A DNA stretch of 64,000 bases from Acholeplasmataceae bacterium (GCA_963667565.1 OY763415.1:672001-736000), one strand, 5' to 3'; numbered from the stretch's first letter, positions 51,425 through 62,739 are shown. The notes: generated by a model not told the origin, from the sequence alone. Made by a program: numbers and translations.

Positions 51425-52855
51425 TTGAAAATATATTATTGTAGTTCTGAAGCTTATCCATTTAGTAAAACTGGTGGGTTAGCAGATGTTGCAGCTGCTC
51501 TTCCAAAAACACTCAATGCGCGTGGACACCAAGTTCATATTTTGATTCCTTTATATAAACAAAATCTAAATCAACTCTATGATTTCACATTTATTAAACA
51601 ACATACTTTTATGATAAATAATGCATCTTATGATGTAGAGTATTATCAAACTACTTTTGATGATACTACCTATATTCTAATTAGAAACGATCAATTCTTT
51701 GATCGTCAAAAACTATATGGGTATGAAGATGATGATTTAAGATTCGCATTTTTTAATTATGCAATCTTAGAATTCATTAGAACAAATGATCAAATGATTG
51801 ATATAATTCATATCAACGATTGGCAAACTTCACTCATCCCTTTTTTAATTGATACAACTTATAAAAAACTAGATCCTAAATTTGATACAATTAAAACCTT
51901 ATTAACGATTCATAATTTAGAAAAGCAAGGATCATTTTCATTAGAAACAGAAAAATATTTAGGTCATAAAAATTTTACTTACATGCATCAAGATCAAGTC
52001 AATTTTTTAAAAACAGGTATTATGAGAGCAAACGCGATTAATACAGTAAGTGAATCTTACAAAAATGAAATATTAACTCGATTTTATGGTTTCAATTTAC
52101 AAGGGCCTTTAAAATCGAGACAATATCAGCTTTATGGCATATTAAATGGCTTTGATGAGTCATTATATAACCCTTTAACAAGCTCTCATCTATATAAGAA
52201 TTATGATGAAAATTCATTTCTAAATGCAAAAAAAGTCAATAAAGAAAAATTATTGGAAAAACTTGGATTCAAACCTGATTTAAACAAACCCATGATTGCT
52301 TTTATCAATCGTTTTGCAAGACAAAAAGGTATTGATATCTTAATGCAAATCATCGAAAAGCATTTAAAGAATGAAGAATGTTACTTAATCATTTTAGGAC
52401 AAGGTGATACACTATATGAATCTTATTTTGAAGAATTAGCACATAAATATCCAAATCTTGTCTATGATCAAAATTCATTTGATTTAGATCTATCACAAAA
52501 AGTTTATGCAGCCAGTGATTTATTTCTACTTCCATCACTTTTTGAGCCTTGTGGCCTCAATCACATGATTGCGATGAAATTTGGCACACTGCCAATTGTT
52601 AGAGAAACAGGTGGTTTAAAAGATACTGTAACACCTTATAACAAATTCACAGGTATTGGTGTAGGATTTACTTTTAAAAACAATGATGCAAGTGAATTAT
52701 CTGAGACACTATCAACCGCTTTTGACTTGTATCATCATCACAGAGATGCATTCAATGAAATGATTCATCTCGCCATGCATGTTCATCATTCCATGGATAA
52801 GATGGCATCTCAATATGAATCTCTTTACTTAAAACTCATTCAAAATGAAATATAA
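51425..52855 (+). CDS. glgA: Glycogen synthase
   Basis: KTGGLADV, HINDWQT, TIHN and FEPCGL. Confidence 0.93.
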   Translation: MKIYYCSSEAYPFSKTGGLADVAAALPKTLNARGHQVHILIPLYKQNLNQLYDFTFIKQHTFMINNASYDVEYYQTTFDDTTYILIRNDQFFDRQKLYGYEDDDLRFAFFNYAILEFIRTNDQMIDIIHINDWQTSLIPFLIDTTYKKLDPKFDTIKTLLTIHNLEKQGSFSLETEKYLGHKNFTYMHQDQVNFLKTGIMRANAINTVSESYKNEILTRFYGFNLQGPLKSRQYQLYGILNGFDESLYNPLTSSHLYKNYDENSFLNAKKVNKEKLLEKLGFKPDLNKPMIAFINRFARQKGIDILMQIIEKHLKNEECYLIILGQGDTLYESYFEELAHKYPNLVYDQNSFDLDLSQKVYAASDLFLLPSLFEPCGLNHMIAMKFGTLPIVRETGGLKDTVTPYNKFTGIGVGFTFKNNDASELSETLSTAFDLYHHHRDAFNEMIHLAMHVHHSMDKMASQYESLYLKLIQNEI

Positions 52856-52910
52856 GAACCCTAGTGGTTCTTTTTTTATGTTATAATTTTTTTATAAAAA
52901 GGAGTTTATT

Positions 52911-53597
52911 ATGAAACACTTAAAATGGTTCACTACAAGTTTTATCATCATCGAATTATTTTTATGGGTATCTATCCTTTTTTTTGACTACAATTTGCCA
53001 AGTGGAAGTCTTCATTATTTATCCATCATCATTTGTGCTATTTATGTCCTTTTAACTTATCAAAAGACAAAAGATCAAACATTTCTCATACTTGCTTTTT
53101 CTGCAACTTTGATTGCTGATTATTTTTTAACTTTGCTTCAAACTAGTCAATTACTTGGAACATTCTTCTTTTTCCTAGTACAGGTATTTTATTTTATGAG
53201 ACTCATTAATCTTTATAAAAACAGATTTTTTCTTGTCTATATATTTTCATTTATATTATTATCAATTATTATTTTTTCTATCACTCAAACATTCGATTAT
53301 TTACTACTATTATCTGTTTTGTATTTCACCATCTTAGTATGCAATATGATATTTGCATTTAAAAAATCAAAACTCATCTTATTATTTGCTCTAGCATTAC
53401 TTTTACAAATCGGTGCTGATTTATTTGTAGCCATGCATGCTGGTTTAGTTTATATTGATTTAAATCAATTTCAAGTATTTTATATACTACTACATTTACC
53501 CATAAATATGATTTGGCTATTTTATGTACCAGCTCAAGTATTATTTGCTTTATCTGGAAGATTCAACCATTTAGAAAAAGGAGAAACTCATGTTTGA
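52911..53597 (+). CDS. YhhN-like membrane protein
   Basis: Multi-TM; TLIADYFL and FYVPAQV. Confidence 0.6.
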   Translation: MKHLKWFTTSFIIIELFLWVSILFFDYNLPSGSLHYLSIIICAIYVLLTYQKTKDQTFLILAFSATLIADYFLTLLQTSQLLGTFFFFLVQVFYFMRLINLYKNRFFLVYIFSFILLSIIIFSITQTFDYLLLLSVLYFTILVCNMIFAFKKSKLILLFALALLLQIGADLFVAMHAGLVYIDLNQFQVFYILLHLPINMIWLFYVPAQVLFALSGRFNHLEKGETHV

Positions 53598-54156
53598 ACA
53601 ATTAAGAGCTTATCAACCCCAAAATGAACAAGAAACAACTGATTTAAAAGCCATGTTAGATTTTATCGACCATTATGATAACACACTTTATCGCGATAAT
53701 CTTATTGCTCATTTTACTGCTTCTGCCATTGTGCTTAATCAAAATATGACTAAAGTGTTATTTGCCTATCATACCATTTATGATTCATTTGGATGGGTAG
53801 GTGGCCATAATGATGGAAATCCTAATTTCTTAGAAGTCGCCATTAAAGAAGCAAAGGAAGAAACTGGCCTTAAAGATGTTTATCCACTAAGTGAAGAGAT
53901 TTTAGGTATTGATATTATACAAGTTCAAAACCACATCAAAAAAGGTAAATATGTTGGTGATCACCTGCATTTAAATGTAACATATTTGCTCATTGCAAAC
54001 GATCAACAACAAATCAAACATAAACCTGATGAAAATCAAGCAGTACAATGGTTTGATATCGATACTTATCTCGATGTTGTCAAAGAAGAACGTATGAAAA
54101 CTGTGTATCAAAAATTAATTCATCAAGCATTAGCATTAAAAAACACTTCAAAATAA
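53590..54156 (+). CDS. NUDIX hydrolase
   Basis: HFTASA and GGHNDG...AIKEAKEETGL. Confidence 0.9.
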   Translation: MFEQLRAYQPQNEQETTDLKAMLDFIDHYDNTLYRDNLIAHFTASAIVLNQNMTKVLFAYHTIYDSFGWVGGHNDGNPNFLEVAIKEAKEETGLKDVYPLSEEILGIDIIQVQNHIKKGKYVGDHLHLNVTYLLIANDQQQIKHKPDENQAVQWFDIDTYLDVVKEERMKTVYQKLIHQALALKNTSK

Positions 54157-54173
54157 ATTGAAGTGTTTTTTTT
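54138..54173. terminator. Bidirectional terminator
   Basis: AAAAAACACTTCAA/TTGAAGTGTTTTTT. Confidence 0.85.
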
Positions 54174-54177
54174 AAGA

Positions 54178-57100
54178 TTAATAATAATAATAAAAATCAA
54201 AAATAGTTGTTTCAAAACCAAGCGGTGGATTGACCACTTCTCCAACATATGCATAATCAAATGCTTCATTATCAATCGTTGGACTTGAATTAAATACTAA
54301 CGTACCAATCACTGCGTCTTCAAATGCAAAATCCATAATACGTTCTAATGTTTGAGGAAGTGTTATTTTTGAATACACATCACCACGAATTGCATTTGAT
54401 GCGATGACTGTTACACCTTCAGGTATCACTAACTCACCTAAATCATCATAATAATCAAATACGTCAACATCTAAAAGCACACCGTCAACGATGTAGAAAC
54501 CATCTTGGCCATTAAGTTCATCAAATGGATCCCATATATAATTCATTTCTGATGCATCTTCAAATGTAACGTTAGACAATGGATTATTTCCAAAACTTGC
54601 ATAGTCTAAATACTTGATTGTACTTGGAATGACCAATGTATCTATCGCATTTCCAACAAACACATTTTGATCTAAACGTGTTAATGTAGATGAAAAATTA
54701 ATGGTTGTAATTTGATTATCTTGGAATGCAGCATTTCCTATAACTGTTAACCCTTCATTAAATGTGACTGATGTCAGTGAATTTTGTCTAAAAGCATTAG
54801 ATGCAATATAAACTAAAGTTGAAGGGAAATGAACCTCTGTAATACCTTTATCATAGAATGCAAAACCATCAATATAGACGATACCTTCTGGAATCGTCAC
54901 AACACCATCAAATCCAACAGGTGCTTCAAAACCTATTAAATAATTTCCAACAATCATAAATCCATTACTATCTGGTGTAATCGTATTGTTATTTTTATAG
55001 TTTTCGATGTAATAATAAGCACTATCATCATAAATGTAGTTACCTTCTGCATCTGCATAATATGGTGAAGTTGTAAATGGTTGACCAACAAAATCATAGA
55101 CAACTGTTTGAGATGTATAATACGAATAATAAGGTTTTGCAAATGATGCATAACTAATTTGTGTATTTATACTTGTTGTAACTAACTGATTTAAAGGAAC
55201 ATTTAAGAAAGCTTCTGGGTCAACAATGAGCGCACCTGAAATGTCATAAGATGCTTGTGTGTTTGGTACAGCACCACCTGCAATATAATTGACACCTGTA
55301 GGTACACTAAATGCTTGATCACTCAATGAATAGTAATACAATACATTTTCAAAAATATAAGTACCATCTGTGTGATCTTGATTTGTGACATATGGTGAAT
55401 TCAAATTAAAGACTCTAGAATATTCATTATAACTGCTTGAGAACACTTCTAGATTTAATGAACCATTCACATTGACTTCTGTAAGTGTATCAGTATTGAA
55501 TGCTCCAGACCAAATAAGTGTAATCGTCGATGGTAAATTAAGCACTTCTACTGCACTACCATTAATGAAATCATTTGCAATATCTGTATATCCTTCACCT
55601 ACAGTGACAGTTTTGATTTCAGATTGATATGCCATACGATATGCATTTCTAAGTAAATCTGAGTGTACACTATCTGCGAAAGTAACTTCAAATAATCCTT
55701 GGCTTCCGTAGAATACATAACTTCCCATATTCTCTAAATTACTTCCTAGTGTGATTGATGAGTCATCACCAAATACCGTAGCATAAAATGCTCTAGAATA
55801 AATATACGTTAAACTATTAGGTAAAGTGATGTTTTGACTTTGTTGAATAGCAGCAAAGTAAAACGCGCTATCACCAATAGATACTAATGTTGATGGAAAA
55901 GCAATCGAGTTAAGTTGTATATTTTCAAAAGTATAATTTGCAATTAGTGTAACTCCTTCTGGAATGACAACATCTTGATCAGTAGCGTTTTGATCATAAT
56001 CGACTAGGAATTGATTGCCGAGAATAATCATATCATTTGTATATCCAAATGTTGATCCATTGACAACATCTCTTCCTATTAATTCTAATTTTGAATTTTC
56101 AGAAACAGTTATTGATTCTAAATAAGAATTATAAAATGCTTGATCACCTAAAAATTGTACTGAATCAGGTAAATCAACTGATTGTAAATAAGTATAAGCA
56201 AAAGCTTCTTCTTCAATGATTTTAAGACTATCTACAAATTCAAATGAACTAATTGGACTCTCAGAAAACGCAGCATAACTTATATAAAATAAAGATGCTC
56301 CTTCTTCAAATGTAACAGTTTCTAAATCTGTGCTATAAAATGCATCACTATTAATAATCATCAGTGATTTTGGAAATTCAATAGATGTGAATCCGCTGGT
56401 GTTATTAAATGCATCACTTTCAATCGTTGTTAATTGACTATTTGCTGCAAAATGAATTTGATTAACTGTTCCATCTTCAAATGCTGCATCACCAATGGTT
56501 TGAAGTGAAGCTGGTAGATAAAGATTATTCATTTGTGATTCTAAAAATGCTTCATCACCTACAAATAAATATCCTTCAGGAATAACAACATCATCAAAGT
56601 AATAAACGTCATCACTAAATAAAGACTCAACACCAACAATTTGATATCCATCAAATGTTGTAGGTAAAGTTATGCTTTGACGATCACTTGAATTTGTGTA
56701 TACATCAAATGCACCAGTGTCATTCATACCAGTAATCACTAAACCATATTCATTGTCAAAACTTGAATATTCAAGGTTATATTCATATGCATCTGCCATA
56801 ATAACATAAGTGAACGAAGCTAAGAAAACCATATCACCAGTTAATGTGATTTCATCACCGACTTCTGCAGTTTCAAAAGTTAAATTAAGATTTTGATCAA
56901 CTGAGAAATTATATTTCCAATAACCAAATTCAAAACCAATCTTTTCACCAGCACTTTCTAAAGTGAATGTATCGCCGATATGGCCAACAAATGGAGCTAA
57001 TATAGCATCTCCACCATTTGTATTAAATACAGCTGTATATGTGAAATCACTCGTGTAATATGCATAAAGGAATAGTGTATCATTAACAACTGAACCATCA

Positions 57101-58332
57101 GCTACTAGGCTATCTAAATCATTAATTGAAGTAACCCAACCCTCAAAAGTATGTTCAGCGAATGTTGGATCTGTTGGATAAGTTAATTGTGAACCTACCT
57201 CAATAAATGTTACAACACTTGTGTCATTTAACATATCAATATAAATGACTTCAACCATTTCAACACCATCAACTGTGATTAATACATAATCAGTGACTTG
57301 ATCAACTGTTAATGTGATGACTGCAGTACCTGATGTATGTGCTGTTACAACACCATCATTAGAAATCGTAGCAACTGATTCATTGCTTGATGCCCATACA
57401 GTTTGAGAACCTTCTGGAATATCTAGTGTTGTATTTAACTGATAAGTATCACCAATACCCAAATTTTGAGACGCTTCTGTAATATCAACTGAATAAGTTA
57501 ATACTTCTTCAGTGACTTGAATTAACATATAGTCAGTTGCACTACCATTGGTTAATGTAATCACTGCACTACCTGCAGCAATAGCAGTAACAAGGCCTGT
57601 ATCTGATACAGTTGCAACTTGATTATTACTTGATGCCCATACTGAACTTGATCCTTCTGGAACATCTACAGTTGCATTCAATTGATAAGTAGTATCAATG
57701 TCTAATACTTGTGATGTTTCAGTGATGTCTACTGCATAAGTTAATGGTTCATTTGCTACTTCTACGACTACATAGTCTTTTGCATCACCATTTTGCATAG
57801 TGACAACAGCTAAACCTTCGCTAACTGCAGTTACAAACCCACCATCAGTTACAGTTGCAACATCTTCATTGTTTGAAGTAAATGTTGTTAAACTTTCATC
57901 TTCGACAGTTTGTGTAAATGCTAGTTGATATGTTCCATCTACAGCAAGTGATACAGAAACATCTGTAATATCAACTGTATATGTTGTTTGTTCCCCATTA
58001 ACAAAAACAATGACATAGTCAGATGCAGTATCATTAGTTAATGTAATGACTGCTACACCTTCTCCTATAGCTGTAACTAAACCTGTATCTGAAATTGATG
58101 CAACTTGCTCATCGCTAGTTGCCCAAGTTGAAGTTGTTCCCTCTAAAACATCTTCTAAATAAGTTAATTGCTCAGTATCTGAAATACTTAGCGTTAATGA
58201 TTCTTGTGTAATATCGATCGATGTCGTCGGTGTTTCAGCTCGATTTGTGAATAAAAAACCGAATAGCGCGATGATTAATAATAAACCACCACCACCTGCA
58301 TAATATGCTAGTTTTAAACCTTTCATTTTCAA
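54178..58332 (-). CDS. BspA-like surface protein: TM anchor, four Big_2 domains, InlB B-repeats and LRR_5 repeats
   Basis: Repeated W.SS...VAT(I/V)S..G.VTA...G.AVIT and many P..L..I...AF repeats. Confidence 0.9.
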   Translation of the reverse strand: MKMKGLKLAYYAGGGGLLLIIALFGFLFTNRAETPTTSIDITQESLTLSISDTEQLTYLEDVLEGTTSTWATSDEQVASISDTGLVTAIGEGVAVITLTNDTASDYVIVFVNGEQTTYTVDITDVSVSLAVDGTYQLAFTQTVEDESLTTFTSNNEDVATVTDGGFVTAVSEGLAVVTMQNGDAKDYVVVEVANEPLTYAVDITETSQVLDIDTTYQLNATVDVPEGSSSVWASSNNQVATVSDTGLVTAIAAGSAVITLTNGSATDYMLIQVTEEVLTYSVDITEASQNLGIGDTYQLNTTLDIPEGSQTVWASSNESVATISNDGVVTAHTSGTAVITLTVDQVTDYVLITVDGVEMVEVIYIDMLNDTSVVTFIEVGSQLTYPTDPTFAEHTFEGWVTSINDLDSLVADGSVVNDTLFLYAYYTSDFTYTAVFNTNGGDAILAPFVGHIGDTFTLESAGEKIGFEFGYWKYNFSVDQNLNLTFETAEVGDEITLTGDMVFLASFTYVIMADAYEYNLEYSSFDNEYGLVITGMNDTGAFDVYTNSSDRQSITLPTTFDGYQIVGVESLFSDDVYYFDDVVIPEGYLFVGDEAFLESQMNNLYLPASLQTIGDAAFEDGTVNQIHFAANSQLTTIESDAFNNTSGFTSIEFPKSLMIINSDAFYSTDLETVTFEEGASLFYISYAAFSESPISSFEFVDSLKIIEEEAFAYTYLQSVDLPDSVQFLGDQAFYNSYLESITVSENSKLELIGRDVVNGSTFGYTNDMIILGNQFLVDYDQNATDQDVVIPEGVTLIANYTFENIQLNSIAFPSTLVSIGDSAFYFAAIQQSQNITLPNSLTYIYSRAFYATVFGDDSSITLGSNLENMGSYVFYGSQGLFEVTFADSVHSDLLRNAYRMAYQSEIKTVTVGEGYTDIANDFINGSAVEVLNLPSTITLIWSGAFNTDTLTEVNVNGSLNLEVFSSSYNEYSRVFNLNSPYVTNQDHTDGTYIFENVLYYYSLSDQAFSVPTGVNYIAGGAVPNTQASYDISGALIVDPEAFLNVPLNQLVTTSINTQISYASFAKPYYSYYTSQTVVYDFVGQPFTTSPYYADAEGNYIYDDSAYYYIENYKNNNTITPDSNGFMIVGNYLIGFEAPVGFDGVVTIPEGIVYIDGFAFYDKGITEVHFPSTLVYIASNAFRQNSLTSVTFNEGLTVIGNAAFQDNQITTINFSSTLTRLDQNVFVGNAIDTLVIPSTIKYLDYASFGNNPLSNVTFEDASEMNYIWDPFDELNGQDGFYIVDGVLLDVDVFDYYDDLGELVIPEGVTVIASNAIRGDVYSKITLPQTLERIMDFAFEDAVIGTLVFNSSPTIDNEAFDYAYVGEVVNPPLGFETTIFDFYYYY
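57260..58230 (-). repeat. Four tandem ~82-codon Big_2 repeats (boundaries approximate)
   Basis: Recurrent TY.VDIT...L....T.QL unit, diverged at nucleotide level. Confidence 0.75.
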
Positions 58333-58453
58333 CTCTCCTAATATATTTTAAACTTCGTAATAATTATATAAAATAATTAAATTTATACCTAGTGATTTGC
58401 ATTTCAAAATAAAAAGGATACATTGTTCATTGTATCCCTTCATCGTTTGTTTA

Positions 58454-59350
58454 TTATTTATTTTTTTGTTCTAATTTAGTTTTTAGATCAGGATCAAACA
58501 CTTTTGCTCTAATCATTTCGATTTCTTCTAAATATGGTGGTACACCTTCTACATAAGGTGTTTCAAGTATTTTTGGAATATCTTCAAATCCTGGATAATA
58601 AATCACTTTTAGAAGTGCATCAAATCCAATATATCCAAATCCAAAGTTTTCATGTCTATCTTTTGAAGCACCTTGTTCATTCTTAGAATCATTGACATGA
58701 AATACTGATATATAAGACTTACCAACAACTTCATCAAAATGCTTTATGACACCTTCAAAGTCATGTTTAATATCATATCCTGCATCATGTGTATGACATG
58801 TATCAAAACAGACACTTACTCTTGATTTGTCGTAAATTAGATCGATTATAGCTCTAATTTCTTCAAAAGTTTTACCAACTTCGTTACCCTTACCAGCCAT
58901 GGTTTCAAGTGCTATTTTAACATTTAAGTCTTTGGTGTTCTCAATGACTTGATTGACACCTTCTCCGATCCATTTGATGGCTTGTTCTCTATCTAAGCCA
59001 ACTGCACTACCAGGATGTAGCACAATTTGTGTAGCGTGCATTTTTGCTGATCTTTTAATTTCTTCAGTTAAAAAATCAATAGCAAAACTTCTTTTTTCAG
59101 GATCAGGGTTTGCAAGGTTCATAATATATGGTGCATGAACGACGACATCAGTATATGGATTAATATTGTGTTCTTCCATATATGCAAGTGCTTCATTAAT
59201 TTTCATCTTTTCGATATCTGTTCTTCTCGTGTTTTGTGGTGCACCAGTATAGATCATTAATGCAGTTTCTTTATATGAAAGTGCCTCTTTGATTGATCCT
59301 AAAAACATATCAGGACCGCTCATGGATACGTGACTACCTATTTTTAGCAT
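58454..59350 (-). CDS. nfo: Endonuclease IV
   Basis: HAPYIMNL, ETMAGKG, DTCH and DRHEN. Confidence 0.96.
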   Translation of the reverse strand: MLKIGSHVSMSGPDMFLGSIKEALSYKETALMIYTGAPQNTRRTDIEKMKINEALAYMEEHNINPYTDVVVHAPYIMNLANPDPEKRSFAIDFLTEEIKRSAKMHATQIVLHPGSAVGLDREQAIKWIGEGVNQVIENTKDLNVKIALETMAGKGNEVGKTFEEIRAIIDLIYDKSRVSVCFDTCHTHDAGYDIKHDFEGVIKHFDEVVGKSYISVFHVNDSKNEQGASKDRHENFGFGYIGFDALLKVIYYPGFEDIPKILETPYVEGVPPYLEEIEMIRAKVFDPDLKTKLEQKNK

Positions 59351-60578
59351 AATATTTTTTTCTCCTAGCTTCTTTTTTAGCTTTATCGACAGCTTTTTGA
59401 TAATTCTTCTTATAATTAGGTTTTACTTTTTTAGGTTTTTTAATTGATTTAATTGCTTCTTTTTCTTCATCTGTCAACACTTTTTGTTTAACTTCTTTTT
59501 TGACAAGTTTTCCATTAGGTTGTAGTACATAGTTTGTAAACTTTACTTGTTTAATGAGTTTCTCAATCTTTCGATGATCTTTAAGTTGTACGATGGTTAT
59601 AACTGTACCATCATTTTCCATTCTGCCTGTACGTCCACTTCTATGGATGAAAAATTCTAAATGATGTGGGAGATCAAAATGAATCACATGAGAAACATCA
59701 AAGTCAAGGCCTCTAGCTGCTACATCGCTTGTAACAACATATTGATATTCGAGTGCTCTAATGTTATCAATGATTTGTTTTCTACGTTTCATTGGTAAAT
59801 CAGAACTATAGTTTGCAACTTTCAATCCTTGTTCATGAAGACTTTGATAAACATTCAATTGATCTTCTTTTCTACTTACAAAGATAAAACATAAATAGGG
59901 TTGTAAATCTTTAATCAAATAATTAAGTGCAACCAATCTGTCCATCTCTTTAATTTGAATGAGCTGATAATCAATATTTAATTCATGCATTTTAGTTGTA
60001 TCTATAAAATCATAAATACCAAAATATGCTTTAATAAATGGTTCCATCTCTTTGGTAATACTTGCGGAAAATAACATGAACTTTGTTTGGTTTAATCTTG
60101 AAATAACAGGATCAATTAACGATAAAAAATCCTCATCAAACATCATATCTGCTTCATCAAAAACCATATATTTTGCAGTAAAAGGTTTTAATGCTTTTAA
60201 GTCCATGGTGTAATTGACTAAACGATAAGGTGTTGTAATGACAATTTGAGGTTGTCTCTTTTCTAACCAATCAAGATCTGATTGCTTATCTTTTCCACCA
60301 ATATAAGCTTTTGTGATGATTTTATCATCAACACCCTTAAGCATATCAAAAACTTGAAGGACAAGTTCATTGGTTGGAACACAAATAATCGCCTGAATTT
60401 GATTGAGTTCTTTATTTATTTTTGATAATATCGGTAAAAGATAAGCATGTGTTTTACCTGTACCAGTAGGTGCTAATCCAACGATATTTTTATGGGAATC
60501 AAACAAATCAAATACACTTTGTTGTATAGGTGTTATTTTTTCAAACCCGAGTTTTTCTAATTTTTCTTTAATATACAT
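59334..60578 (-). CDS. DEAD-box RNA helicase (CshB-like)
   Basis: TGTGKT, DEAD, ARGLD and HRSGRTGR. Confidence 0.92.
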   Translation of the reverse strand: MYIKEKLEKLGFEKITPIQQSVFDLFDSHKNIVGLAPTGTGKTHAYLLPILSKINKELNQIQAIICVPTNELVLQVFDMLKGVDDKIITKAYIGGKDKQSDLDWLEKRQPQIVITTPYRLVNYTMDLKALKPFTAKYMVFDEADMMFDEDFLSLIDPVISRLNQTKFMLFSASITKEMEPFIKAYFGIYDFIDTTKMHELNIDYQLIQIKEMDRLVALNYLIKDLQPYLCFIFVSRKEDQLNVYQSLHEQGLKVANYSSDLPMKRRKQIIDNIRALEYQYVVTSDVAARGLDFDVSHVIHFDLPHHLEFFIHRSGRTGRMENDGTVITIVQLKDHRKIEKLIKQVKFTNYVLQPNGKLVKKEVKQKVLTDEEKEAIKSIKKPKKVKPNYKKNYQKAVDKAKKEARRKKYYAKNR

Positions 60579-60671
60579 AAAATCACCAAAATAAGTATAC
60601 CATTTTTTTAAGATTAAAGTAAAAATAACGGCATTTACATCATTTTTTAGTATAATAAAAGTGGTGATTAA

Positions 60672-61601
60672 ATGAAAGTAATCGAAATCACACCTCGAGG
60701 TTATTGTCACGGTGTATTAAACGCCCTGGCAATCGTTAAAAAGGTGATTAAAACAGAATCTTATCCTAGACCCATTTACGTCTTAGGACAAATTGTTCAT
60801 AACCAACAAATTACGAACTTTTTTTCTACTTATGGCGTCATAAGTCTAGATCAACCAAATAAAACTAGACTTGAAATGCTAGAATCGATTGATAGCGGCA
60901 CAGTCATCTTTACTGCACATGGTATTAGTCAAAAAGTCATTGAACGTGCTAAAGAAAAAGGGTTAACTTACATGAACGCTACATGTCGTGATGTGTTAAA
61001 AGTCCATAAAGCTGTTCAATCTAAAATTGATGATGGATATAAAGTTATTTATATTGGTCACAGAAATCATCCAGAACCAGAGGGTGTCTTAGATATAAGT
61101 GATGATATCTATTTTGTAGAAAATGAAAAGGATGTTCTCATGCTACCTCAAAATTTAACTGATGAGAAGCTATTTGTTACAAATCAAACCACATTAAGTA
61201 TGTATGATATAGAAAGTGTATTAAAAGTCATTGAAACGAAGTTTCCAGATTATGAGTTTGATAATGAAATCTGTAACGCGACAACCATCAGACAAGATGC
61301 AGTCATGAATCAAGATGAAGTGGATTTAATGCTTGTTGTAGGTGACAAAAAATCATCTAATTCAAACAAACTTGTTCAAGTAGGTAAGAAAACAAAAGCA
61401 AAAGTTAGCTTTTTGATTCAAAATGTTGATGATATTGAGATGGAATGGCTATTAAATGCAGACACAGTGAGTGTCACCAGTGGCGCATCAACACCGACTT
61501 CTGTTACAAATGAAGTCATCGACTTCTTAAAACAATATAAAAAAGATGATCCAAGCACTTGGGATCATCATTCAAAACTTGATGTAAAAGACATTATCTA
61601 A
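60672..61601 (+). CDS. ispH: 4-hydroxy-3-methylbut-2-enyl diphosphate reductase
   Basis: PRGYCHGV, ATC..V, ICNAT and SSNS. Confidence 0.95.
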   Translation: MKVIEITPRGYCHGVLNALAIVKKVIKTESYPRPIYVLGQIVHNQQITNFFSTYGVISLDQPNKTRLEMLESIDSGTVIFTAHGISQKVIERAKEKGLTYMNATCRDVLKVHKAVQSKIDDGYKVIYIGHRNHPEPEGVLDISDDIYFVENEKDVLMLPQNLTDEKLFVTNQTTLSMYDIESVLKVIETKFPDYEFDNEICNATTIRQDAVMNQDEVDLMLVVGDKKSSNSNKLVQVGKKTKAKVSFLIQNVDDIEMEWLLNADTVSVTSGASTPTSVTNEVIDFLKQYKKDDPSTWDHHSKLDVKDII

Positions 61602-61608
61602 TGTCTTT

Positions 61609-62739
61609 TTATTTTTTATTAAATAAGTGAACTTCTCGTTTTGTGAATTCTTGATAATTGAATAAATTGATATCCACTTTTAAATCTTTTTTTAGCATGA
61701 CTTGTTGAAATGTCACACCAATTAACCGCACTGGTTCGCCATCATAATAGGTTTCAAAGACTTCATGTATTTGATTTTTAATTCTATCAAAATCATCATG
61801 ATAATCGTTAAATGAAAAACTTCTTGTCATTAATTTAAAATCTTGGTATTTAAGTTTAATACCCACTGTTTTTACTACATATTCTTCTTTAATTAATCTT
61901 TGATAAGTAACTAAAATAAGATCATCAATAATTGATAATAAAGCATCCGATTCATCCATCACATAATTAAGCGTTGTTTCATTACTCATTGATTGATGAA
62001 TGCTATATTTATCTGGATCGACGATATCATTGCTTCTTCCTAAAATATGGTCTAAATAAGATTCATATGATTGAATTGACATCATTTCAAGTATATTATC
62101 TTTATTTCCTTCTTTTGTGAAATCTCCAATCGTTTTAATACCTACATCTTCTAATCTTGGATAAGTTTTTTTACCTATACCATGCATTTCTTTAATGGGT
62201 AGTGGAAATAATTTTGAGACAATATCTTTTTTTCTAATGACTGTTATACCAAGAGGTTTTTGCATATCAGAAGCCATCTTTGCTAAAAATAGTGTTGGAC
62301 CAATACCAATTGAACATGGCAATTGATGCTCTTTCATCAATCCCTCTTGAATTTCTTTTGCAATCTCTAATGGATGTTTAGTTTTTGACAATTGAGTCAT
62401 ATCAACATATCCCTCATCAATCGAGCCAGGTAAAACTAAATCAGAATATTTACTTAGATAAGTAAAAAATAGTTTCGAGTATTTTCTATATAATTTAAAA
62501 TCAGTTGGAACGACAACTAATTTGGGATATCTTTCAAAAGCATCGTTTAAATTCATACCACTACCAATACCATATTTTCTAGCTTTATAACTCGCAGTCG
62601 AAATCACGCCTCTTCTTGTTACACCACTACCACCAACAACAAACACCTTATCTTTTAAATAAGGTTCTTTGATTAAAGCACAGCTACAAAAGAAAGCATT
62701 TAAATCAATATGAAATATGATTTTTACGTTGTTTTTAAT
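61609..62739 (-). CDS. dinB: DNA polymerase IV, extended to a probable ATT start
   Basis: In-frame upstream KIIFHIDLNAFF; SIDEGY and LAKMASD. Confidence 0.9.
   Translation of the reverse strand: MKNNVKIIFHIDLNAFFCSCALIKEPYLKDKVFVVGGSGVTRRGVISTASYKARKYGIGSGMNLNDAFERYPKLVVVPTDFKLYRKYSKLFFTYLSKYSDLVLPGSIDEGYVDMTQLSKTKHPLEIAKEIQEGLMKEHQLPCSIGIGPTLFLAKMASDMQKPLGITVIRKKDIVSKLFPLPIKEMHGIGKKTYPRLEDVGIKTIGDFTKEGNKDNILEMMSIQSYESYLDHILGRSNDIVDPDKYSIHQSMSNETTLNYVMDESDALLSIIDDLILVTYQRLIKEEYVVKTVGIKLKYQDFKLMTRSFSFNDYHDDFDRIKNQIHEVFETYYDGEPVRLIGVTFQQVMLKKDLKVDINLFNYQEFTKREVHLFNKK

Noticed and set aside
54178..54195. C-terminal YYYY of the BspA-like protein as a BY-kinase substrate
   Set aside because: Predicted to be extracellular, so not accessible to the cytoplasmic kinase.
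2250..59138. Short antisense or overlapping ORFs in the track (e.g. 2250-2432, 6221-6448, 12576-12905, 32123-32410, 35989-36276, 58953-59138)
   Set aside because: Shadows of well-supported genes, with no motifs.
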